NCBI GenBank assembly: GCA_040901985.1
Contig: JBBDYC010000003.1
Span: 42,323 to 106,322, forward strand
DNA from: Gemmatimonadaceae bacterium
Lineage (GTDB): Bacteria; Gemmatimonadota; Gemmatimonadetes; Gemmatimonadales; Gemmatimonadaceae
Reading direction: 5' to 3'
DNA length: 64,000 nucleotides
Below the pieces are notes generated by a model. That model was not told where the DNA came from. It did not search any database and saw nothing but the letters and a program-made list of their open reading frames with translations. The translations under genes and the position numbers were made by a program. Positions 52,308 to 62,410 of the stretch are shown piece by piece; the first letter of the stretch is position 1, and the number at the start of each line of letters is the position of its first letter.

Positions 52308-52500
52308 GGAAGACCAACCGGAGACGGTCGGCGGGATCGCCGAGCTCTACCTCGGCAACATTCTCTACGCGATCGAGCGCTGCGCGCTCTCGATGGCCGA
52401 GGAGGGGCGGACCGCCGACGCGGCGTTCTATCGCGGGATCGGCCGGATGCTCGCCGAGGCGCACGGCAAGCACCGCCCGCCGGTCACGCGTCAGGACTGA
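52300..52500 (+). CDS. Small hypothetical protein, 66 aa
   Basis: GTG overlaps the PP2C end; host-like codon usage; helical-looking sequence. Confidence 0.55.
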   Translation: MAKEDQPETVGGIAELYLGNILYAIERCALSMAEEGRTADAAFYRGIGRMLAEAHGKHRPPVTRQD

Positions 52501-53714
52501 GCGAGCGCGGCGAGCACGGCGTCACGCGGGATGGCGTGCCGCTCCGCGGTGAAGACCCGCAGCCAGCGTGCCGACTGATACAGCTCCTCGGCGAGGATCG
52601 GCAGGTTGAGCGCCCCGATGATCCCGGCATCGGTCAGGCGCCGGACCGTGCCGTCGCGGGCGAGCAGCGGCAGGTCGAGCCCCAGCATCCGCTCCTTGCG
52701 CGGGTAGTCGAGCAGGAGCGCGCCGGGCGCGACGCCGTGGGCCTTCGCGAGGGCGTCCTCGGCGCGGCGCGCGCGCGGACGGTCCTCGGCGAGCCAGTCG
52801 AGATCCAGCGCCGTGAGTTCCGCGGCGGGGATCTCCAACGCGCGTTTGTGCAGCCGGCGCTGGCGGATCGCGTCGAGGAGCGGCCGTGCCGGCCGGCGCT
52901 CCATCGCGTGGAGGATCCCCTCGTCGGTGTATTCGACGAGCGCCGCGACGTCGAGATGCCCGTCGGCGATCGCATCCTCGACCAGGCGCTTGTACATCGC
53001 CGTCGCGCTGCGCACCGCGTGATGCCAGTACACGTTGCGGTACATCTGGTACTTGGCAAAGAGCAGCGACTCGAGGGCCGAGAGCCCTTTCTCACGCAGA
53101 CCGATCGCGTGACGCCCGGACGTCGGGTCAACGACGAGGACCAGCGCGTGGCGCAACCGCTCGACGTCAATCTCGCCATAGGCGACGCCGGACATCAGCG
53201 CATCGCGCTTGAGGTAGTCAATCTTGTCGAGGTCAATCGAGCCGGAGATCAGCCCCTGGAGGGGCGAGGCGCTCGCGCCGCGGACGAGCGCGAGAATCCG
53301 CTCGGGGGCGTCGGGGGCGAACTCGGCGCGGAGGATCGTGCCGATCTCGCCGCCGGTGATCAGCGGGCCGGCGACCGACTCGTGGTGCGGGACGCCGAGT
53401 TCCTCGAGCGCGTGGGAGAACGGATAGTGCCCGATGTCGTGGAGCAGCGCGGCGGCGACGACGATCGCCGGTTCGTCGGCGCCGAGGTGGTCCCCGGCGC
53501 CCGCGGCAAGGAGCACCCGCACGGTCTCCTGCGCGAGCTGGAACGCTCCGAGGGCGTGCTCAAAGCGCGAATGCGTCGCGCCGGGATAGACGAGATGCGC
53601 GAGCCCCAGCTGCCGGACGTAGCGCAACCGCTGAAACGCCGCCGTGTCGAGCAGCCGGACGAACGGCCCCTCGACGTGGATGCTGTTCCAGAGCGGGTCG
53701 CGGATCGTGGGCAT
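52491..53714 (-). CDS. HD-domain phosphohydrolase (SAMHD1/dNTP triphosphohydrolase-like)
   Basis: IRDPLW, FQRLRYVRQLG, HSRFEHALG, LLHDIGHYPFSH, DLDKIDYLKRD and VYWHH. Alternative GTG start at 53756. Confidence 0.88.
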   Translation of the reverse strand: MPTIRDPLWNSIHVEGPFVRLLDTAAFQRLRYVRQLGLAHLVYPGATHSRFEHALGAFQLAQETVRVLLAAGAGDHLGADEPAIVVAAALLHDIGHYPFSHALEELGVPHHESVAGPLITGGEIGTILRAEFAPDAPERILALVRGASASPLQGLISGSIDLDKIDYLKRDALMSGVAYGEIDVERLRHALVLVVDPTSGRHAIGLREKGLSALESLLFAKYQMYRNVYWHHAVRSATAMYKRLVEDAIADGHLDVAALVEYTDEGILHAMERRPARPLLDAIRQRRLHKRALEIPAAELTALDLDWLAEDRPRARRAEDALAKAHGVAPGALLLDYPRKERMLGLDLPLLARDGTVRRLTDAGIIGALNLPILAEELYQSARWLRVFTAERHAIPRDAVLAALAQS

Positions 53715-53752
53715 GGTGATTGTGTTGCGAGTGCGGAGGGCGACTTGCCCGG

Positions 53753-56665
53753 TCACGGCATCCGGACGCAGTCGGTCGAGACGAAACCGGGCTTCACTTT
53801 TTCTCCCAGCGGAAACCCTGGTCCGGTGATTGCCTCACCGCGCGCCTCTCGCGTTGCGCACTCGGCGTTGAGTCCGGCGAGCGCAGCGAGGATGTCCTTC
53901 TTCGCGGAGAACCCGTACGCCTCGCGAACGGCGAGGTCAAGGCGGGCCTGGGCGTCGTTCAGCGGATGCTTGCCCGGCTTCTCGGCGGCGCGGTAGAGCT
54001 CCCGGAGCGAGAGTCCGTGCTGTTCGCGCAGTGACGCGCGCAGTGCGCGCAGCTCACGCGCCGCGTCGGCAACGGCCCTGACGGCACGTGCGGTTGGCGC
54101 CTGCGGCCACGGGAACGTGTCGAAGACCGTGTTGGACGTGTAGCGAAAATCTCCCTTCATGGTTGAACACCGCTGAACGAACCACTGCCAGTGAGCGCCC
54201 GACTGCAGGATGCCGAAGGAGTAGTCGTCGTCGAAGGGGAACACCATCAACGCGTCGTTCGGATGAATGGCCGGACTGATGAACTCAAAGATCGGACGCT
54301 TCGTGACGCGGCCGCAGGCGATGTAACGGGGCAACGACGAGATCTCACGCATTAGTTCCTGGCGACTCCAGAACAGCAGCCACCACGCCCTGAGCGCCTG
54401 CGAGTGGTGCTTCCCACCTGCGTCAGCGGCGTCGGCACTTGCCGCCTCGGTGTTGCGCAGAGATTCCGCGGAGGCCTTCGCCAGCTTTGCCGGCAGCACC
54501 AGGCGTTCGACCCGAGCAAAGAGTTCCTTGTGGGTCTGCGCCGCCAGGAGGTCGCGCGTTCCAAAGTCAATCACATACCGCGTCGGCAACGAGTCCTCGG
54601 CGCCAATGAGCTCGTTCGCAATCAGAAACGGAAAGAGCACGGCCTTGTCGCGCGGATGACTCGCGAGGTGCGCCTCCGCCTCCTTGCGCGGCATCAGGAA
54701 GCCCTCGTGTCCGTGCGTCTGCCCCTGATAGCAGTTTCCCGACTCCGCATTCGCGCGCAGCACCTCGACATCCGTCACATCCGTCTCAAACGAGAGTGCC
54801 GAGTTGATGCTCTTCGGTGCGGTCGCCTCCCACGGCGAGTCCTCGGCGTCGCCGACCTGGCGCATCAAGCGCTTCGGCCCGTCCGACTCCCCCTTGACCC
54901 AGTTCACGATCGAGACGTGCACGGCGGCATCCCCTGACCAGACCTGGGTGGAGACCGCATCAGTGATCGTACCGCCGGTTCGCACGATGTGATCCAGTCC
55001 GCCCTCGCGACTGTAGTTCTGCCGAATGGTGTTGGTGCCGACGAGGCCGGCGCGTTGGCCCAGCTTGAGCTCATCGTGTGCGCGCCGAAACCAGTACACG
55101 CAGTAGTCCGCGCGGCCGGGAACGTCGGGATACCGCTTGCGCACGCGATTCACATACGCACGCCCCAGCTCCACCTGCATCTTGTTCTTGCTCTGAAACG
55201 GCGGGTTCCCAATGATTGCGTGAATCGTTGGCCATTCGGCGAACAGCGCGTCCTCGCGGCGCAGGTTGTCATCGAGATTCTCGAGCGGGAGGGCGTGGTC
55301 ACCCTGCAGGTCGAGGTCAATCTGAGCGCGATCCAACGCGTCGTGTACCTCGTCCAACGCGAGCTTCTTCCCGAATACCAACGTGACCTTGGCGAGCTCG
55401 ACGGCAAACGGGTCGATGTCAAATCCGAAGAACTGGCGCGGACTGACGAGTGACAGCGTCTGCACCTGTTTCTTGAACACAGCCGGTGTCACGAGCGATT
55501 GCATTCGCAGCAGAAGGACGATCTCCAGACGAATCAGCTCGCGGAACGCCAAGTAGAGGAAGTTGCCACTGCCACAGGCCGGATCGAGCACACGAAACGC
55601 GAGCAGTTCCTCGCGAATGCGCGAGAGCTCCTTGAGCGTCTTTGCTCCCGCAATCCGCGCTTCCCAGGGCCGAGAGACCGTGGGCGTGATGACCTTCATG
55701 ATGTCGCGCTCGGCCGTGAAGTGCGCCCCGAGCGCGTGGCGTCGCTCGGCGTCCATACTCGACTGAAACAGTGTGCCGAAGACCGCCGGGTTGATCCTGG
55801 CCCAGTCGGTGTCTGCGGCTTCACCGATTGCCGTGAGCTCCGTGACGCCGAGATCAATCGGGTCAATGGTCGCGAACAGGCCACCGTTGAAATAGGGCAC
55901 GCCCTTGAACCGACCAGCGGAGGCCGGAGTCGTGCTGTTCATCTGGCGGAACAGTCCACCCATCAGATCGAAGCTGCTTGCGCCGGCGAAGCAATCCTTC
56001 ACGATGCGGCTCATCGTCCCGGCCGGCATCAGCCCCACGTCCTCGGCGAACATTGCCACGACCATCTGCAGTACGAAGCGCTGCGCGCGTTCACGATCCT
56101 CGCCCTTCGCCACAAGCGAGCGAAAGACCTCCGCAATCCGTTCAGCCGCCTCGCGAGTGACCGCTTCGCGGTCGTTCCCGAATAGCGGGTCTGGGTTCTC
56201 CGGGAACAGGAAGCTCAGCGCGAGGTGACGTCGCGGCAGCTCCTCGATCCGAACGACATCGACCGGCTGGTCAATCTGCTTGTCGAAGTCGTAGATCCAG
56301 AACTCGTCGAAGTTGCAGAGCACCACGTATCGCGGTCGGTTGGGGACGAGGTTGACCCAGTAGTCGAACGCCTGGCGGAAGTGCAGTTGCAGGCGCTCGC
56401 CGCGCTTCTTCATCTCGATCAGGACGCGCGGCTTCCAGACAAGGTCGGCGAACTGCGTGCCGGTTGACACACCCTTCCGTTTCACTCGGTGCTCGAGCGT
56501 GGCGCCGGCCTCCTTGTACCCAGCGTGACCGAACGCACGGAAGAGACGATCGCAGAAGACCTGGGCCTCGCCCTTTTCGTCGCCCGCGAGGCCGCGCCAG
56601 TACTCGACGAAGGCCTTCAGACGGTCGGCAGTGCTTGCTTCGGCGTGGTTTGACAGAGCGTTCAT
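53753..56665 (-). CDS. MmeI-like type IIL restriction-modification enzyme (nuclease + N6-adenine MTase + TRD)
   Basis: FADLVWK..LIEMK (PD-(D/E)xK), FNGGLF, GAHFT, VLDPACGSGNFL, IIGNPPF, ADYCVYWF and FDTFPWP. Codon usage is visibly AT-richer than the flanks. Confidence 0.88.
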   Translation of the reverse strand: MNALSNHAEASTADRLKAFVEYWRGLAGDEKGEAQVFCDRLFRAFGHAGYKEAGATLEHRVKRKGVSTGTQFADLVWKPRVLIEMKKRGERLQLHFRQAFDYWVNLVPNRPRYVVLCNFDEFWIYDFDKQIDQPVDVVRIEELPRRHLALSFLFPENPDPLFGNDREAVTREAAERIAEVFRSLVAKGEDRERAQRFVLQMVVAMFAEDVGLMPAGTMSRIVKDCFAGASSFDLMGGLFRQMNSTTPASAGRFKGVPYFNGGLFATIDPIDLGVTELTAIGEAADTDWARINPAVFGTLFQSSMDAERRHALGAHFTAERDIMKVITPTVSRPWEARIAGAKTLKELSRIREELLAFRVLDPACGSGNFLYLAFRELIRLEIVLLLRMQSLVTPAVFKKQVQTLSLVSPRQFFGFDIDPFAVELAKVTLVFGKKLALDEVHDALDRAQIDLDLQGDHALPLENLDDNLRREDALFAEWPTIHAIIGNPPFQSKNKMQVELGRAYVNRVRKRYPDVPGRADYCVYWFRRAHDELKLGQRAGLVGTNTIRQNYSREGGLDHIVRTGGTITDAVSTQVWSGDAAVHVSIVNWVKGESDGPKRLMRQVGDAEDSPWEATAPKSINSALSFETDVTDVEVLRANAESGNCYQGQTHGHEGFLMPRKEAEAHLASHPRDKAVLFPFLIANELIGAEDSLPTRYVIDFGTRDLLAAQTHKELFARVERLVLPAKLAKASAESLRNTEAASADAADAGGKHHSQALRAWWLLFWSRQELMREISSLPRYIACGRVTKRPIFEFISPAIHPNDALMVFPFDDDYSFGILQSGAHWQWFVQRCSTMKGDFRYTSNTVFDTFPWPQAPTARAVRAVADAARELRALRASLREQHGLSLRELYRAAEKPGKHPLNDAQARLDLAVREAYGFSAKKDILAALAGLNAECATREARGEAITGPGFPLGEKVKPGFVSTDCVRMP

Positions 56666-56776
56666 TCTCGAATGGGCGATGCTTGCGGCCGGTCAATGCA
56701 ACTGGCTCGGCGTGTCATGGTCACGGAACTAGCGTCCAAACGTAAGTTATTGTGAACAATAGTGTTAGTATCTGTT

Positions 56777-56872
56777 TGCGGCGATTATAGCCACATTCAC
56801 CGCAAAATATGCGTCAAATACTTGCCCCAATCGCCGCACCACCGTATATTCACCGCAACTTCTGCGGTGAAC
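56777..56872 (+). promoter_or_regulatory. Fic promoter with six 10-bp operator-like boxes (consensus AWTCRCCGCA)
   Basis: TTGCCC(56822)-N17-TATATT(56845). Boxes at 56777(-), 56795(+), 56810(-, degenerate), 56829(+), 56848(+) and 56863(-). Confidence 0.75.
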
Positions 56873-57996
56873 AATGCCATACATCCACACCCTCCCAAAC
56901 TGGCCAAACTTGACTTGGCGGGCCGAACTCCTCGCTGACCGCTTGGCGTCGGTTCGCCACCGCCAAGGAATCCTGACCGGGAAGCTGCAATCACTCGGGA
57001 TCGAGATCCGGCGTGAGGCGAGCCTTGCGTCCCTGACCACCGAGGTCGTGACGTCGTCGGCAATCGAAGGCGAGCGACTTCCGCCGGACGAGGTGCGCTC
57101 CTCAATCGCCAGACGCCTCGGGCTGGACGCGGCAGGACTCGTGCCCTCCGCTCGTCGGGTGGACGGCGTGGTGGAGATGATGCTGGATGCCACGCGAGAA
57201 TATCAAGCGCCGCTCACGGCCGAGCGACTCCTTCGCTGGCACTCGGCCCTCTTTCCGACGGGCCTGACGGGGATGCGACCAATCACCGTGGGCGCGTGGC
57301 GCACGGACGCGCTGGGGCCGATGCAGGTGGTGTCCGGGCCACTGGGGAACGAGCGCGTCCACTTTGAGGCACCCGCTGCAGCGCGACTCCCGTTGGAGAT
57401 GCAGCAATTCCTCGACTGGTTGAATGCCGCCGAGCCGATGGACCCGGTGATCAAGGCCGCGGTCGCGCACTTCTGGTTCGTGACCATTCACCCCTTCGAC
57501 GACGGCAACGGTCGCATCGCGCGTGCGATTGCCGAGCTGGCGCTGGCGCGGTCCGACGGAACGCCGGACCGGTTCTACAGCATGTCCGCACAGATCGAAG
57601 CGGAGCGGAACGACTACTATCGCGCGCTCGAGTTCTCGCAACGGGCGGACCAGGACATCACGCGCTGGATCGAATGGTTCCTCGGCTGTCTCGGCCGCGC
57701 GTTCGATCGGGCGGAGGGAACGCTCGCACGGGTCTTTCGAGACGCTGCGATCTGGGAGCTCGCCAACCGGTCCGGCGTGAACGAGCGGCAACGGCGCGTG
57801 CTCACGCGCGTGTTGGGGGCGTGGGAAGGCCAGCTTACGACGTCCAAGTACGCGATGATCGCGAAGTGCTCGAGCGACACGGCGCTCCGTGACATCCAAG
57901 CGCTGGTCGAGCACCGAATCCTCGCCAAGAACCCAGCGGGTGGGCGGAGTGTCAGCTATCGCCTTGCTGACACTCTCCCCGATGATACTTCCGCGC

Positions 57997-59615
<1,619 letters not shown>

Positions 59616-59619
<4 letters not shown>

Positions 59620-61880
59620 GACTTCTCGGGTGTGCGCGTGCGCTGTTGGGCATCAATCACGGCGACCGCCGCCATGTTGACGATCTCCTCGACGTCGGCG
59701 CCCTGTTCCAGCACGTGCACCGGATGCTGCATACCGACGAGAATGGGGCCGATCGCCGTGGCCCCGCCCAGCTTGGTGAGCAATTTATACGCGATGTTGC
59801 CCGCGCTGAGATTGGGGAATATCAGCACATTCGCGGCCTCCTTCAATGCGCTGAACGGAAAACGCGATGCGAGGATATCGGCGCTGAAGGCGGTGTCGGC
59901 CTGCATCTCGCCGTCCACCACGAGTTCCGGGTCGCGGAGCCGCAGCAGCCGGACGGCCTCCGCCACCTTCTCCGTCTCCGGGTGCTTGACCGAGCCGAAG
60001 TTGGAGAAGGAGAGCATCGCGATCCGCGGCGAGACGCCGAAGGTGCGCGCCAGCCCGGCCGCCGAGATCGCGATCTGGGCCAGCTGCTCCGCCGACGGGT
60101 CGATGTTCACCGTCGTATCCCCGAAGAAGACGATGTGCTTCTCGAAGACCAGCATATAGAGGCCCGAGGCGAGGCCGATCCGGCGGTCGGCGCCGATGAC
60201 CTCGAGGGCGGGCCGCACCGTCTCCGGGTAGTGCTTGCCGAGCCCGCCGAGCAGGGCGTCGGCGTCGCCGCAGGCGACCATCACCGAGCCGAAGACCGTC
60301 GCGCGGGTGACGCGGTTGCCGGCCTCGACGAGCGAGAGTCCCTTGCGCTGCCGGCGCTGCCAGAGGTAGTGCGCGTAATGTTCGCGGCGCGGACTCGAGG
60401 TCGGGTCCTCGACCGTGATGCCGTCGAGTTCGATGCCGAGCCCCTCGGCGGTGGCGTAGACGCGCTCCTTGCGGCCGAGGAGGATCGGGATGGCGATCCC
60501 CTCGTCGTGGAGGATCTGCGCCGCGCGCAGGATCTTCGGGTCCTCGCCTTCGGGGAAGACCACGCGCCTGGGGTCGCGGCTGGCCCGCGAGGCGAGGCCG
60601 CGCATCAGTCCGCGGGCCCGGCCGAGCCGCGCCTCGAGTTGGTCGCGGTACTCGTCGAGCTCGATGAACTCCTTGGCGACGCCGCTCGCCACCGCCGCCC
60701 ACGCCACCGCCGGGGCCACGCGGAGCAACGCCCGGGGGTCGAACGGGAAGGGGATCAGGTAATCGGCCCCGAACTTGACGTTGCTCAGCCCGTAGAGCGC
60801 CGAGACGCTGTCCGGCACGTCCTCCTTGGCGAGGGCGGCAAGGGCGCGCGTCGCCGCCATCTTCATCTCCTCGTTGATCTCCGTTGCCCGAGCGTCCAGC
60901 GCGCCGCGGAAGATGAACGGGAAGCCGAGGACGTTGTTCACCTGGTTGGGATGGTCGGAACGCCCGGTGGCGATGATGGCATCCGAGCGGACGGCACGGA
61001 CCTCGTGCGGCTGGATCTCCGGTACCGGGTTGGCCAGCGCGAAGATGATGGGCTGCTTGGCCATCGTGGCCACCATCTCGCCGGTGACGGCCCCCGCCAC
61101 CGAGAGCCCGACGAACACGTCGGCCCCGACGAGCGCGTCGGCGACGGTGCGTGCCTTGGTCTTCCGGGCGAAGCGCGCCTTGTACGGGTCCATCCCCGTC
61201 GTCCGGCCGTCGTGGATCACGCCCTCGCGGTCGCACAGCAGGATGTGCTCGCGCCTGACGCCGAGGCGCACGTAGTGCTCGGCGGTCGAGATGGCCGCCG
61301 CGCCGGCGCCGGAGAAGACGATCGTGATCTTCGTGATGTCCTTGCCGGTGACCTCGAGCGCGTTGAGCAGCGCCGCCCCCGAGATGATCGCCGTCCCGTG
61401 CTGGTCGTCGTGGAAGACTGGGATCTTGAGCGTCTTCCGGAGCGTCTCCTCGATGTAGAAGCACTCCGGCGCCTTGATGTCCTCGAGGTTGATCCCGCCC
61501 ACCGTCGGCTCGAGCAGTTGGCAGAATCGGATCACGTCCTCGGGGTCCTCGGAACCCACTTCCAGGTCGAAGACGTCAATGTCGGCGAATTGCTTGAAGA
61601 GGTTCCCCTTGCCCTCCATCACCGGCTTGCCGGCGAGCGCGCCGATGTTGCCCAGGCCGAGCACCGCGGTGCCGTTGGTGACGACGGCAACCAGGTTCCC
61701 CTTGGCGGTGTACTTGTAGGCATCCTCCGGGGTCGCCTTGATCTCGAGGCAGGGTTCGGCGACGCCGGGGGAGTAGGCGAGCGCGAGGTCGCGCTGGTTG
61801 GCCAGCGGCTTGGTCGGGACGACGGCGATCTTGCCGGGTCGGCCGCGGGCGTGATACTCGAGGGCATCCTCTCGCTTCAT
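59616..61880 (-). CDS. maeB: NADP-dependent malic enzyme with PTA-like domain
   Basis: [35 protein letters not shown], then VFPEGE and DGEMQAD. ATGA overlap with pckA. Confidence 0.96.
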
Positions 61881-61964
61881 CGGGCGGAATCTAGCGCATC
61901 CGGCTGGGTGCCGGAGGCGCGCGAGGGCTTGTCATCCTCCCAAGCGGACGCTACGCATTCACCA

Positions 61965-62348
61965 ATGGCCGTCGTTGCCTCGTCCTCCAGTGTGATCACG
62001 CGCGTCCCCCGGCGTGGCCGTTGCGCGCGCGTGATCGCGGGCCTCTGGCTCTTGGCCCACGTGGGCGTGGTGGCGGCGGTGCCGGTAATCGACGCGCGGG
62101 CCGGCCATGCCGACCGCGTGGTGGCGCACTGGGAGGACGCCAACGACACCAGTTGTCCGGCGCAGCACGACCTCGCGGCGTGTCAGCTCTGCCAGCAGGT
62201 GGTGGCGGCCGGAAAAGTCACGGGGGCGACGACGGCACTGGTGGGGGTCCTGACGCCGGCCGAACGACCGCCGGTGGACGTGCGCGAGCGTCCACATCGG
62301 TCGGTCGCGAGCGCAAACCCCTCGACGCGGGCGCCACCGGCCATCTGA
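61965..62348 (+). CDS. DUF2946/CruR/CutF-like leader protein with CxxC and C-terminal RAPP motif
   Basis: Hydrophobic N-terminal segment, HWED...CPAQHD..ACQLCQ and a terminal STRAPPAI. Directly upstream of a TonB receptor. Start is ATG 61965 or GTG 61992. Confidence 0.78.
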   Translation: MAVVASSSSVITRVPRRGRCARVIAGLWLLAHVGVVAAVPVIDARAGHADRVVAHWEDANDTSCPAQHDLAACQLCQQVVAAGKVTGATTALVGVLTPAERPPVDVRERPHRSVASANPSTRAPPAI

Positions 62349-62410
62349 GTCAGCGCCGCGCCCACTCGGGGCCGTGCGCCGGTGTGTCACTCCTGACTCG
62401 GTATCGCCAC

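Noticed and set aside
56777..56872. Repeats as a mini-CRISPR array or iterons
   Set aside because: Units are 10 bp, in mixed orientation with 5-9 bp gaps, and no cas or rep gene is nearby. They fit an operator better.
59646..61964. 900-aa plus-strand ORF 59646..62348
   Set aside because: Mostly antisense to maeB. Only the final ~127 codons (CxxC/RAPP leader) are protein-like.
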